From positions 12,237,728-12,301,727 of the forward strand of contig CAVNZM010000005.1 in assembly GCA_963693365.1 (NCBI GenBank): a stretch of DNA of 64,000 nt, read 5' to 3'. Of this stretch, positions 1 through 18,705 are shown in pieces. Below the pieces are notes generated by a model. It did not search any database. It saw only the letters and a program-made list of their open reading frames with translations, and was not told where the DNA came from. The stretch comes from Amoebidium appalachense (taxonomy: Eukaryota; Protista; Ichthyosporea). The translations under genes and the position numbers were made by a program. Every line of letters starts with the position of its first letter. The stretch's first letter is position 1.

Positions 1-290
1 TTTTCATAGAACTTTGGCCCGGAGATCGATCGTCGCAATCCCATGATTCCAGCTACGTTGTTACCAACCGATGTGTAAGGGGTAAGCATGAGCCACTAGG
101 GGCCCATGCAAGCCCAACCCTGAAGCACGAAAAAAAGGAAGGACGGAGGGCAAGGAGTTGTAAATTCGACCGCTTTGGAATGTCCAGAATTGCGCCCACG
201 ATCTTCTTCCTCAGCATACCCTCGACTGTTAATCATCTCTCTTGGAATGTGGGTCCCGCGTTTTTTTCTTTTTTTCTTTCTTTTTTTTTT

Positions 291-354
<64 letters not shown>

Positions 355-496
355 AAGGGGGGGTGGTGGGGGCTGAACTGCTAATCGCAAATTTGCGATC
401 TGCAAAGAAACATGCAGCGAGAGGGAGAAACCGTGGGACAGAGCACGGGCAGAAGGGGTGGGGCGAGTTGGGGTGGGGTGGCTAGGGGGTTCGCGA

Positions 497-5330
<4,834 letters not shown>

Positions 5331-5346
5331 CACAGCCCCTCCTCCC

Positions 5347-5382
<36 letters not shown>

Positions 5383-5930
5383 CTCCTTCCGCGCTCCCTC
5401 CCCCCCCAAAGATACATATACCAGAAAGCGGGGGAAACGAAAGCAAGAAAGAAAGAAAAAAAGAAAGAGAGGAAAGAAAAGAAAAAGACAAAGAAAAGAA
5501 AAGAAAAACAAATAAGGAAGGAATGCACGAGACCCTCCCGCAGGGGGGGGGATGGGGATACCCCGAGCAAAAAACCCCCATACCTGAGACTGGTCTCTCT
5601 TTGCCTCGAGTAAACAGCGTAAACCCATGGGGACATATCCTCTATCCTGATCATTTATTTTTCGCCTCAACCCAAACACCAACCACCCTCTGCCCTCACA
5701 TACCCTGCATAGACTACATAGCTACATAGCTTAGCAATCCCCCCCCCCCCCCCCCCTCCCCTCCCCCCCCCCCCACCCCCCCCTCTCCCCCCACCCACCC
5801 CCTCTCCCCCCTCCCACCCTCATCCCCACCCCCCAGAACGTACAATCCACCCCTTTAGCTTTAGGGTGGGTGAGTGAGTGGGTTTGGGGACTGGTTTGGG
5901 AATATGGGGCTGCAAGGGCGGGGAAGAGAA

Positions 5931-5970
<40 letters not shown>

Positions 5971-6315
5971 AAAATGTGTCACAGAGTACTAAGAACACAC
6001 CTACGACGGGCAAGTTAATGCAAAAGTAACTGATTGCAGAGCACTAAAAAAGAGTGTGACTCATAAGCAGAGCCCATACTCGGGGGGGGGGGGGGGGGGG
6101 GGGGGGTGCGCGCAAGTTCATCAACAGCACCCGTGTTTCGACCGATTCACCTCGTCAGTGAAAGCCAGCTCACATACTGCTTTCATTGAACATGCGATTC
6201 AGTCTTAATCCGAGACGAGCAGGGTTACTTCCGCGGGCAGAGGTCACAAGCAAGAGCAGTGGGAAGGGCCGGGGGTTAAAGTTTGCAGCAGTAAGCAATA
6301 CAAGAAGTGGAAGAA

Positions 6316-6348
<33 letters not shown>

Positions 6349-6719
6349 AGGTACCTGGTGTAAGTGGTTGGTTTGTGCTGTCAGCATATGCAATGCATGA
6401 GAAGCAGCAAAAACATCGCTTGGCTGGGTTTGCCCGGCCATGTGTGCCACAGGCAGTGTGGCGAATCCACCCATTGTCGTGGCAATCTGGGCCATTTGAT
6501 TGGCTGCATACAGATAGGATATGTCCCCGGCCATGGTCTGAATGGCTGCCGTTTGATTGGGTGGACTGCCGTAGGGAAAGAATGTCGTACTTGGAGCCGA
6601 AGGGTCGTTTGGCAATAGCGACGTAGATTGGGTGTTTTGATTGGTTATACATCCGCTCAGAAGGCCGTTTGGCGTCACATTCGTAAATTGGGCTAATAGA
6701 TTGGTTGACTGGTTGTGTG

Positions 6720-6993
6720 TCAAAAATGTCGTATTTTGGGCATTTTGATTGGTCGATTGTCCGGATGGCAAAAATGTCGCTAGTGGAGCGTTTTGATTGG
6801 TTGCCTGACCGTTTTGTGAAAATGTCGCTAGTGGAGCGTTTTGATTGGTTGCCTGACCATATTGTAAAAATGTCGCTGGTGGAGCGTTTTGAATGGTTGC
6901 CTGACCGTTTTGTAAAAATGTCGCTAGTGAAGCGTTTTGATTGGTTGCCTGACCGTTTTGTAAAAATGTCGCTAGTGGAGCGTTTTGATTGGT
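6720..6993. repeat. 48-bp minisatellite, about 5.5 copies, within a Pro/Gln/Thr-rich minus-strand ORF (6244-7149)
   Basis: Unit AAAATGTCGCTAGTGGAGCGTTTTGATTGGTTGCCTGACCGTTTTGT(G/A); on the minus strand it reads as the 16-aa repeat TNQNAPLATFLQNGQA. Confidence 0.9.
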
Positions 6994-7196
6994 TGGATCA
7001 CCAGGAGTGCTGTGTCCAACCGTGTGCGGATCTCTCTCAACAGGCAGCACTTGATTGGTCGGACTGATGAAGGGATAGGAGGTGTCTGTCGACGGCGCGA
7101 TCATTGTTGGTGGTCTTAGGTGGGGGATAATGGTTGAGCCTGCAAACATATCAGCACATCCAAGGAGACGTGTGTGTGTATGGTGAGAAGAGGTGT

Positions 7197-7227
<31 letters not shown>

Positions 7228-7299
7228 GGGGGGGGGGGTTGTATGTGTTATGAGTGTGTGTGCTTGCCTGTGTGTGTGTGAGCGTGTGCCTGTACGTGT

Positions 7300-7338
<39 letters not shown>

Positions 7339-7371
7339 ATGTGCGTGTGCGGTGTGTGTGGGTGTGTGGGT

Positions 7372-7408
<37 letters not shown>

Positions 7409-8043
7409 TAATTGTGTCTCTAATTTGAGATGTTATGATGGAGGGAAAGAACGTGGGTCGGAGGGAATCATGGGGGGCAGGGAAGGGGGCGGGTGATAAG
7501 AATACTGCCCGCCAACCAAAGGATATATTCACCTTGCATAGCAACCTGCACATATCACAAAAAAGAGTACCAAGTACGCATAGACAGGTCGAACCCATCC
7601 TCACGTGAGAGAACGGGGGAGGGGGGGGGATGTCATCCACGAGGGGGGGAAGGGGGGGGGGGGGGAGGGGGAGAGTCGCCCACCGGGGGAGGGGGGGGGG
7701 GGGGAAGGGGTCATCTACAGAGGTAGAGGGGGGGGGGGGGGGGGAAGAGAGGAAGGGGGTGGGGGAGCGCGCAATATATTGGGGACCAGTACGGAAGGGT
7801 GGGGGGAGGGGAGGGGGGGGGGGGGGGGGGGGGTTTGAATGCGTCATAAAGTACGAAGTACACAAGAACAACAGATAACACGTGCGGAATGCAAACCATA
7901 CATAAATAGTATGCGGGGGAGCACGGAAAGGAAAACACAACGGAACTTAACGAGGTCACACGCCAGGGGGGGTTGAGGATGGCATGGTGGGTGGGTCGGT
8001 GGGTGGGGATGTGCGGGTCGTGACGGGGCGCGGGGGGTGGGGA

Positions 8044-8081
<38 letters not shown>

Positions 8082-8564
8082 GGGGGGTAGAATGTGTCAG
8101 GTTATTAAGTGCACGTTCACGACGGGTAACACGGAGCACAATTCACACAGCTCACACAAAGGAGAGGAATCAACTAAAAAAAGTGAATACGTCAACATAA
8201 GACAGGCACATTGCCAGGTTGCCCTTTCCAGCACTTTTCTACACTGCATGAGCATACAAGGCACATACCTCTAAAGGGTTCAAGCGGGTGAAAAATCCCC
8301 TCCTTCCACTTTGGCCACGGCTGGTTCTCGAAAATTCCTTCACACAAAGGCCTCCCCCACACAAGTGTGCCAGCCTAAGAAAAAAGAAAGAATATTAACG
8401 TCAGTTTTGTATCTTTGCAAATGGTGTTTGTGTGGGGAAATGGTGGTGATGGTCCCCCTCCCCCTCCCCCCCCCCCCCCCCCCCCCCTCCCCACCTTTTT
8501 TTTTTGGCACGAACGCAAGGGGAAGAGGGAGGGGGGGAAGAGGGGGTGGAGGAGGGGAGGGGGG

Positions 8565-8600
<36 letters not shown>

Positions 8601-8717
8601 ATGGGGAGCCGGGGGCCGGGGGCCGGGGGCCAAACTCTCTTCGATCCTGAAGCCTAATACTGCAACTGCTTCATTCGGAAAGGTTGGGCGGAGTATAGGG
8701 TGTGTTTGTGAGTGTGC

Positions 8718-8764
<47 letters not shown>

Positions 8765-8883
8765 CGCGCGTGTGGCTGGTTAGCTCTATTTAGGCGACAA
8801 CACATCAAAACAGAAAAACCAACTGCAGAGCTCAAAGCACACACAGAATATGCATAACAGCAGAGGCCACAAGGTAGAGGGGG

Positions 8884-8931
<48 letters not shown>

Positions 8932-9099
8932 ATAAGTGGTAGGGACTTGAGAAGGTAGAAGGAAAAACAAAACAGGAGAACAAAAAGAGTATGCAAAGCA
9001 GTGCATTAAGACCACAAACACAAACAAGCGCCGGGGGGGAGGGGGGGGGGGGGGGGGGGGGGAGAAAAGAGGGAATGCAATAAAAAGAAAGAGAAAAAC

Positions 9100-9747
9100 C
9101 AAGCACCCGAGCCTTAAATTATTAGAGAGACACCTAAACAGAGCTAACCATCCTCCTCTAAAGGGTTTGTTATTAGTATTGCCTACCCAATGCTTAGTTT
9201 GTAGCTTTTTGTTGACCTCCGCGGCCCATCTCCCAGGCACGATTTGCAGGAGTTGATCCAATCGCAAAACGATCTTATCGCGTGATAGGTCCGCGGCAAA
9301 ATATCTCATAATCGGGTCGCAATCTTTCTTTTTCCAAAAAACATGATTTGGGTGTAAAAGACGGACACGTTTAAGTAGCACTTTGCCCACCTCGTTCGGA
9401 AGTCTGAAATTCCGGACAAGATCGTCCAAAATTCCAAAAAAGAGCCATGCCGATCTTGCCTTAATTAGCTCGGTTCCGTTCGTTGTGATTGGTTGGCCCG
9501 TAATCGACACATACCAATTGGTTTTGTTTTTGTTACGTGCTAGGGTGGCGGCGTGTCCGATGCACGCATAGGTAAGCGCCGAAACGCCGTTTTTCTTTGA
9601 GAGGTTACACGCACGCACAAAGTACGATTGGAGCGGCTCATTTTCACGTGGAAGGACATCATCCTCATTTCCCCCCACGCAACGCTTGTAAAGCATCTCT
9701 GCGATTGCGATCCGATCCGCTGTAAGCTCGCCCTGTGCCAACATCAT
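9100..9747 (-). CDS. Uncharacterised protein, 'family X' copy 1 (the only copy in one open frame)
   Basis: High-complexity part of ORF 8671-9747; aligns by eye with three other loci in the window (DVLP...L.SYFVRAC...SALTYACIGHAATLA...W...LV...RLP). Confidence 0.5.
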
Positions 9748-9908
9748 GTAAGTGGGCTAAGCAGGTGTTGGCAGTGGTGGTTGTGGTGAGGGGGGAAGGG
9801 GGGGGGGGGGGGAGGGGGGGGGCTACAAGTGGGCAAGAGCATATGATTTTAAAAAGGGCTAACCTGAACGCGGGAGTTGTATGCGTGCGCATAAAATTTA
9901 TTGTGTGT

Positions 9909-9945
<37 letters not shown>

Positions 9946-10394
9946 GGCGCGTGCGCGCACGTGCATGCGTGTGTACATATGTGAGTATGTGTGTGTGAGT
10001 GCAATTTGATGGGTCTGTGTGCGAGCTTACGTGCATGTATGTGCGTGTGTGTGCGCATGCACGAGTGTGTGTGTGTGTGTGCTCGAGCACCCAGGGTGTG
10101 GAGTGCTATGTGCAGATTTTATCTGTATGTGTTTGTGTTTGTGCGCCCGCGCGCGCGCGTGAGTAAGTGTGCCTGTGTGCGGATGCCTTCATGCGAGTCC
10201 TTCCGTAGGGCGGAGTAAATGGGGGGAGGAGGGGTTGGGAGAGAGAAAAATGGTGGGGGAGCTCTGACAGAAGGAATGGTTTGGGGTGTTTGCTTGTGTG
10301 TGTGTGTGTGTTGGGGGGGGGGGGGGGGGGGGGGGGGAGGACGGGGAGCAGCAATAATTTTTTAAATGGAGATAAACCAGGATGAATGCGCAAC

Positions 10395-10427
<33 letters not shown>

Positions 10428-10817
10428 CTGGGTCTGGTGGGACAGGGGATGCATAACCGAATACAGAACACAAAGGCCTAAAAGTATTCACACGTATGAG
10501 TGTACAAAAAAGAAAGGCAACATATGCAGACCTCGATATGAAATACAAAGGATAGGCAGCGCGGGTGAGTGCCATGTTATGGCGGGTGAAGATGGGGGAC
10601 AAGGAGAGATGAGGGTGCTTACATCTGCAGAGAGTGTATAGGTTGGTTCAACAGGCGGTGTCGGTGTGCCTGGTGATGTTGCCTCGGGGGTGTTTAGAGA
10701 CACGTGCAAGTCCCAATCATCGTCGTCTATGATGATGCACTGGTCTGCTTCTGCTTGGATTCGTGTTAGAAATCCTCAAACCAACACAGTTAAATATATT
10801 CCCCCCCTCCTCCCCCC

Positions 10818-10851
<34 letters not shown>

Positions 10852-12810
10852 ACGCCTGCCCGCTCCACCCCCTTCCCCCCCCCCCCCCCCCCCCCCCCCC
10901 CCGCGGGGCCCCCAGGCCAAGCCCGCTACTTTACAAACTTCCTAATCACTCAACGTGCTTCCCAACCATTTCCTCGTCTCCTCCGCCACGAACACATGCG
11001 CATGTGCAGCCGTGCATACGTGCATGCTCATTCATCTGCTTGCACACCAGTACATATGTACACATACGGACATTTCAGCAGACACACACCCAAGCACGCA
11101 GGCACACAAGCACACACGCAATCATTGCCTGTCCACCTGTTAAGCCCCCCTTTCCTCCTTATGTTCTCATTGTTCCCTTCCCGAGAGCCCAATCCGCACC
11201 CCTTACCCTAGCAACATTACAACGATGCCAAAAAAGGAGAACTTACCAGGGCCAGATTTAGTGCCGGAAGGGTTGCCTTGAACGCACGTGCTCTCACCCT
11301 TGATCCCCAAAGACGTTGTGGATTGTGTCTGCGGACACTAGTCGTTTTAACGGCAAGATAGTGGTATATAGGCAGAAGGGAGGGGGAGGAGAGGGGATGG
11401 AAGGGGGGAGGGGGGTTAGTATGGGGATGTTCAGGAAAAGCGGCAGTAAAAAAACAACGTCAAATATGGAGAAGACATTCCCATGATTCCGCCAAAAAAA
11501 CAGTGCCTGAAAAAATGTATTTGCAGGGCTTTAAAGCCCCTCGTGTCGTCCTCGTGTCGTATGCATGACGTGTATGTGTATGTATACCCTGCTCACACTG
11601 CTTACTTGTATACGTGCGTACAAATACACTGTGACACGTACAAGCATAGGTTGCAGACTCAGATGCAACTCAAGGTTCTGAGAGATCTGCTTGTATCCAG
11701 TATATTAGGCTGGTGCTTGGAAACAAAAAACTGGAGTGATGGATTCTTGTGGAGAGAGAGGGGGTGTGTGTGTGGGTTGTTTATGTGTCGGGGGGAAGAG
11801 GAGGGGGGATTGGGGGGAAAGGGGGGGGGGGGGGGGGGAGGGGGGAGGGGGGGGGGGAGAGAGGAACGGAGCTTGGAAGAGGGGGCAGAGGGGGAGAAGG
11901 CAGGGGGGGCGGGGGGGAATAACATTCTGTGCGCGTACTCTTTTGCAGGGAGTATAACACAATTACCTCTAGACATACCAGATCTGGTTCAGCTTTCACG
12001 CCTGTGTCGCTAGAAGCAGGCACACACGGTCGCTTGTTTAGAACATGTGCCTCGCTACCTGTGTCTGTAGACAGCACTCGCTTACTTCCATTTGCATCAA
12101 CTTCACATATCCCTCTACCCAAGCCACCAACATTATTTTCCTTGCAGCTAGCAGTGAACCAATCCTTGGCATCCATGTTGTCCTCTGTTCGCTGTGCGAT
12201 TACATGGCAAGAACGGTGCTGAGTAATGCTCAACAAGAAAAGACCTGCGTTTGCAGCTTGTATAGTTGTTGAGGCTTACACCTGAAAACACTTTAGAGCG
12301 AATTCTTTTTGTGCAAAATACATCATCCTACGGTGCTTGCGCCCCTCTCCTGCCTTGCATCTTCCATGCATAATTACAAGCCGTGTAACGTCAAGGCCTC
12401 CTACTTGACGTGGATTGTCACCTCCCCACATCAGATGCCCCAAACTCACCGTGTCGAATCTGTAGATCTACGTTGGAACGCAATTTAGCATAGATGTCCT
12501 GTGTTGATTGGTTTCCAGCCTATTTTAATGGAATGTGTGGACATAATGGTGACGTAACAAAACCTCGGGAGAATCGATTGGCACTGAACTCCGAGGCTGC
12601 AAGGGACTCGTTCCGAAGTCGTGACTCTTCTATTTCAGAACTAGGGTGGCGTGGTGTGTGTGTGTGTGTGTGCGTGTGTGTGTGCGTGCATGCGTTCATG
12701 CGCGCGCGTGTGTGTGTGCGTGCGTGTGTGTGCGTGTGTGTGCGTGGGTGGATGTGCGTGTGCGGGCGTTTAGTGTGTGAGACTCGAGCGTGTGCATGGC
12801 ATGGCCCGGT

Positions 12811-12901
<91 letters not shown>

Positions 12902-12912
12902 TTGTGTGTGTA

Positions 12913-12980
<68 letters not shown>

Positions 12981-13394
12981 TGTGTGTGTGTTTGTGTGTA
13001 ACTGTGTGTGTTTGTGTGTGCGTGTGTGCGCGTAACAGTGTGTGTGTGTGTGTGTGCGTGTGTGGGTGGGTGGTGGGTGTGCACGTGTGTGTGTGTGCAC
13101 ACACGTGTGTGTGTGGGGGGGGGGGGGGGGGGGGGGAGGGGAGGGGAGGAAGGAGGGGGGGGGGGGGGGGGGGGGGGGGGGAGGGGGGGATAATATTTTG
13201 GGGGGGGAAATTACCACCTCCTAGTTGTTCCGGGCGTGGAGTCCCGTCCCTCCTCCCCTCAAATCCCTCCTCCCCCCTCGAGTGCTGTTAGGACGCCCTT
13301 CCCCTAGCCCTCTAGGGCTTTTTTCCCTTAAGCATTTGGCCAGCATAGGGGAAGCCCGATTTTCCTTTTTTTTTTGTGGGGGGGAGGGGGGGAG

Positions 13395-13747
13395 GGGGGT
13401 TAGATCATTATCTACTATCCCCTAATCCTCCGAGTCCCCCCCTCCCCCTTCTCCCCCCTTCATGTAAATGTTCACTCAAAGGAGGCGCGGGGGGGGGGGG
13501 GGGGGGGGGGGGGAGGGGGGGAATAGAACAGAGAGCTTCAAGGGAGGGAGGGGGGGGGGGGGGGGGGGAGGGGGGGGTTAGATCATTATCTACTATCCCC
13601 TAATCCTCCGAGTCCCCCCTCCCCCTTCTCCCCCCTTCATGTAAATGTTCACTCAAAGGAGGCGCGGGGGTGGGGGGGGGGGGGGGGGGGGGGGGGAGGG
13701 GAAGAGAACAGAGAGCTTCAAGGGAGGGAGGGGGGGGGGGGGGGGGG
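13395..13747. repeat. Two-copy tandem duplication, 178-bp period
   Basis: TAGATCATTATCTACTATCCCCTAATCCTCCGAG...GAACAGAGAGCTTCAAGGGAGGG begins at both 13401 and 13579. Confidence 0.9.
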
Positions 13748-13759
13748 ATGAGAAAAGCC

Positions 13760-14115
13760 CAGCCACATCGGCAGAGCCAACCTGCTCCGAGGTAAATTAT
13801 TCTGAAAAAAGCAGAATTAATTTGCAAAAAGCTTAGTTATTCTGCTAAAAGCAGAATCATTCAGCAAGAGCAGAATTATTCTGCAAAAAGCAGGATTATT
13901 TTTCTAAATGCAAGTTTATTCTGCTGCTGTGGGCAGAATCATTCTGCCTCAGAGATTTGATTTTACAGAATTTGATTTTGATTTTGCAGAATAATTCTGC
14001 TCTCAGGGCAATAATTTTGCTTTTGCACAATAATTCGAAACTTTTGCAGGATGATTCTGCCTTTGCAGCTCAGAATAATTCTGCTCGGAGCAAGTTGCCT
14101 CTGCCGGTGTGGTTG
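13760..14115. mobile_element. Foldback/MITE-like element with ~32-bp imperfect TIRs and internal GCAGAATTATTCT repeats
   Basis: Left end CAGCCACATCGGCAGAGCCAACCTGCTCCGAG versus reverse complement of right end CAACCACACCGGCAGAGGCAACTTGCTCCGAG; the interior is an array of near-palindromic CAGAAT(T/A)ATTCTG units. Confidence 0.75.
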
Positions 14116-15340
14116 GCATAGCATTATGGCCCCTATTTAGAGGGGGGGGGGGGGGGGGGGGGGGGGGGGATAGTGAGGAGGGTAGGGGGAGGGGGGGGGG
14201 GAGGGGGGGGGGGGGGGAGGGGGAGAGGGGGCAGCACTCTGGGATTTCGACATTATGAATTTAACAGTACTAGTGACCCCCCCCCCCCCCCCCCCCTCCC
14301 CCCCTCCCCTCCCCCCCCTCCCCCCCCCCCCCCCCCCCCCCTCCCCCTCCTCCCCCCGGCGCCCCCCCACCCTCCCACCCCCCACCCTCTCCCCCCTCCT
14401 CTTTTCGAATCCAAAGACCCCTTATTTGCAGCTGCGATTGCCATGTTAACTTTATTAAAGCCGTTTTTTGCACGAGGCTCAAAATCGTTTTCCTCGTCAC
14501 CCCGTTACTACCTAGAAAGGCCCCAGGGCAATCGCCCCCCAAAGTGACATATGCTACTTGGTCATGGTTACCGTATCGAGATAATCATGTACAGATATTG
14601 ATTTTATTAGTGCTGTTGTTCAACCCTAATGCAACGTTTGGGTTGCTGCTATGTAATCCTGTATGTACATCATGCTGTTTGTGGTTTATAACAATCTTGC
14701 ACGTATTGGGCTCGACAATTGTATGCAGTTTCTGCATAGACAACTCAGATTGCTACGCTTTACATATCTGTATACAAAATGTAACAACGTGCGCGTTGTG
14801 TGCATGTAGTGCTACATGGTAGAACTCTGAGAATTTAACTACTCGCGCCATAGCTAAAGGGTAGCGAGAGTATCGTATAAATCTGGAAGCCTTGGCCAAC
14901 ATGCAGACACACAGTGAGTCTAAGACTCGTAGATCCTCAGAAAAGCCCTATAACCCACCACCTTCCCATGCAAACCATTCTACTTTTATAGTACCAACGG
15001 TTCAGATCCAGATGTTAGTCCTACCCTCAGGAGCATGGTTTATCGATATCACACACCACACCACTTAGCACACAAATGGAAAAACCACAGCCCCATCTCA
15101 CACCATACAACAAGATCTATACACGCCGATACAATGCCATGGGGATCCGGACACAGTCTCTCAGAACATGAATTGGTATATATCAGTCCCGGCTCCATAA
15201 ACACTACTCAGGGTAGTCTTTCTGCCAAGTCTAGTTTAACGGGCAAGTGTTCGTTTTGTGCGGTTGGTAAAGTAGAGCAACAAGTTTGGATGCGTTTTTC
15301 ATGAAGAGGCAAAAAGGGAAGGAAGAAGGGAGGGCCCCGG

Positions 15341-15375
<35 letters not shown>

Positions 15376-16532
15376 CAACATGAAGTTAGCAGTATAACGT
15401 TCCACATGCCTAACAGTATTTCAGGTACAGGTCAAACCAATGTTTTTTCGTTTCCTTTAATTGAACCTTCCCGCCAACCTTTTCATCTGACCCCTCCGCG
15501 TTCCCTGCCGCTGCCGCTACCGTTAAGGTCTGGGTTTTACCATTGGGAACTGAACGAGCCGGGCCACCGAACGTATCGACAGCACAAGATAGGGTCGACG
15601 ATTTGTCAATATTCGTGAAACAACATTCCTTGCCCAGGACAGTGTACATGGATGCAGGGGGGCTGTATACGTACATGTCCTGACAGCGTAAAAGTTTTTC
15701 GTTTTCGTTTTGAAGTTGTGTTTTCTGCACACCGTCGGATTTGGTGATTTCAGGAGTAGGGGAATCGGGGATGATAATGATACCTTCGATGATGGTGGGT
15801 GCACTTTGGGTGGGTTGATGAACACTTTGCGGGTTGGTTTTGGTGGGTGGAGGGGCTCCCGGACAGGCGGAAACAGGTGGATGCTTCTGCGAAGGGCCTG
15901 GGTGGAGAGAGGAGAAGAGGGTAAGTCATGGCAGAGGATTTCCATGGAAATCTTAGACTATCCGTGGCTGACTGAGGATATGTCAAAGTGTGTTTAAAGA
16001 AAGGGCAAACTTTAGAGCTATTCACGCCGCCGGGGTTAGGAAGGGGTTAGCTAGGACAATAATGGAGAACGATTAGGAAAAGTGTGGTAGAGGCATTGCG
16101 GTCCTTGAAAACAGCAAACTTTAGAAGCAGCAATATCAATAGTTTGGCGTGCACTTTCAAGTGTATCACGATTCTATGAAGACCCCGGGGGGGAAGGAGA
16201 GAGGTGGATGGGGGGAGGGGGGGGGGGGGGGGGGAGGGGGGATAGAGGGGGGGGGGAAGAGACAGAGAGTCGGGGATGGAGAGAGGGAGAGGGAGAGAGA
16301 GAGAGAGAGGGAGAGGGAGAGGGAGAGGGAGGGAGACAGGGAGAGAGAGGGGGGGGAGAGAGAGAGAGGGAGAGGGAGAGGGAGAGGGAGAGGGAGAGGG
16401 AGAGGGGGATGGGAAGGGGGAGGGGAGGGGGAGGGGGAGGGGGAGGGGAGGGGGAGGGGGAGAGGGGGGGAGAGAGAGAGAGAGAGTGAGTGAGTGAGAG
16501 AGAGAGAGAGAGAGGAAGAGAGAGAGACTCTG

Positions 16533-16590
<58 letters not shown>

Positions 16591-17410
16591 GGGAGGGAGG
16601 GAGGGAGGGAGGGAGGAGGGAGGGAGGGAGAGGGAGGGAGGGAGGGAGGGAGGGAGGGAGGGAGGGTGGGTGGGTGGGTGGGAGAGAGAGAGATAGGAAA
16701 ATATATGACGCGGGTGTGAAGCAGTAAAGAAAATCACATACCGATTAGATGCCCAACGCTGTATTTTTCTTTCCAGGCCTGCAATCAGGTAATGAAGGGC
16801 TCCTTGTTGAAAATGTCACCGTACACATACCCACCCCACTTAAGCGTCCCGGTCTGGTACTGCGATGATAAATTATTAGCGTTTGTTTGTTGTATCCATA
16901 TGACAGTGGATAAAGATTAATGCCTCCATCGCCGATTATTATTATGGTGTTTGAACGAGAGGTGGGAATGGGGGAGTAGATATACCCAAGCCTACACTTT
17001 AGTAACATATTATAATTTGATAGTAATAATGTCGTGGCAGTGGTGTGTGTGTGCAAGACCGGAGCAAGAATCTGCTTCTCGTTAGTGCACTGTCTGTGCG
17101 GGGTCAAAAGACAAAAAAGCTTAAGTGAGTGCAGTGCCGGTGGCATGGTTTGTTCGTGCGCGATGTATTAAAGTTTTTCGAGCGATATTTCGTCATGTCA
17201 TTCACCGCACTGCATGCGTATATGTGAACTTGGCTGTATGTGAGTATATGCGCACGTGCTTTCCCATGTGAGCCTCTTACCACCCGTGTATATGCACATT
17301 TATGCCCCCCCCCCAGGCTGTCTCTTTTTTGTTTTCTAGGGTGAGCACGCTTAAATTTGTGCGACTTGAAGGTGCGAAGTTACAGCTCGGTGTGCACCCC
17401 TAAGGGTGTG

Positions 17411-17483
<73 letters not shown>

Positions 17484-17694
17484 TCGTGTCTGTGCCCGCC
17501 TGCATCTATTGTGTCTACCTGCGCCTGCATATCTTGCATGAGAAGTTTGATGCAACGACCACAACTAGGTTTTGGTGGCACGAAAGCCGACAGAATTTTG
17601 CTTTTCGAGGGGGGAAGAGGTTGGGAGGGGGGAGGGGAGGGGGTGGGGTGGGGTTGGGGGCGGGGGGGGGGGGGGAGGGGGGGGGGGGGGGGGG

Positions 17695-18241
17695 TCACAT
17701 CAATACCTCTATATACATCTTTATCATCTTTTCGTGAACATGCTTCCATTTCCTTGCCATGACTTTGAAGGTTTGAAAGAATCTGCACACACTTTCCTCC
17801 CGTGCAATCCCTGAAGGAAATGCCGTAACCAAAGCATCGACAATGTATTTGATTTTAAGAGGGTTCGTGTCTACCAAAGAATCGAATATTAATTCTCCTG
17901 CCAAAAATGGCAACTTTTCCTCTCCCACCAGTTTATTTATATGTATATGAAGTGCGCATCCGGTCACTGAAGCTGCGTTCCAAAGTCCCAAGTCACGCGT
18001 TTGCCGCCCGCTTTAGATTAGGGAATGCCCAACCCCACTCTTGGCGCATATGAGCAATTTCTCCGGCCAGATTAAGACACTCTAGCGAGATTGGTACAAG
18101 GGGGTATGGCGAATCTAGACACCGTATTATGTAGTCTGAAAGTGTTTCTCCGGGAGCAGGTATGATGTCACAGTAGATGGGAGGCGGCCCGGGAGAGGGA
18201 GCCTGGGAAGTGACACAGGAAGTGGTGGTCTCAACACCCAA
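17695..18241 (-). pseudogene. Family X copy 2, frameshifted
   Basis: ORFs 17993-18241 and 17695-17991 joined: DIIPAPGETLSDYIIRCL...ISLECLNLAGEIA...WGW / INKLVGEEKLPFLAGELIFD...AFPSGIAREESVCRFF...KW. Confidence 0.55.
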
Positions 18242-18674
18242 GCCAACGGGAACCTGTGATTGTTGTGGGTTTTAAAATATATTAAATATTAAAACTCACT
18301 GGCTGTTAGTTTGCAATCAACGAAACACAGATGGCTTAGACAGTGTTGTAAACCCAAAATCTAATGTACATGCTATAGTGTTCAAATGTTTCGGAAGTTC
18401 AATGCAAAGATGTGTTGGCTAAGCGCACCCGGGGGGGGGGGGGGGGGGGGGGGGGAGGGGGGGAGGTGGTGGGGGGAGGGGGGAGGGGGGGAGGGGGGGG
18501 GGGGGGGGGGGGAGGGGGGAGGGGGGAGGGGGAGGGGAGGCATGGCATGTGCAGGTGAGTACCGATGTGCATGTAGAAAAACTGCCTCTGTTTTCGTCCA
18601 CACCCTTTCTCTTCTTCTTCCTCTTCTCCTGTCTTTCTTTTCTATTTTCTCTTTTTTCCTTTTTTTTTTTTTTT

Positions 18675-18705
<31 letters not shown>

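Noticed and set aside
6720-6993. Regular repeats as a CRISPR array
   Set aside because: Units are contiguous with no unique spacers, there are no cas genes, and the context is eukaryotic.
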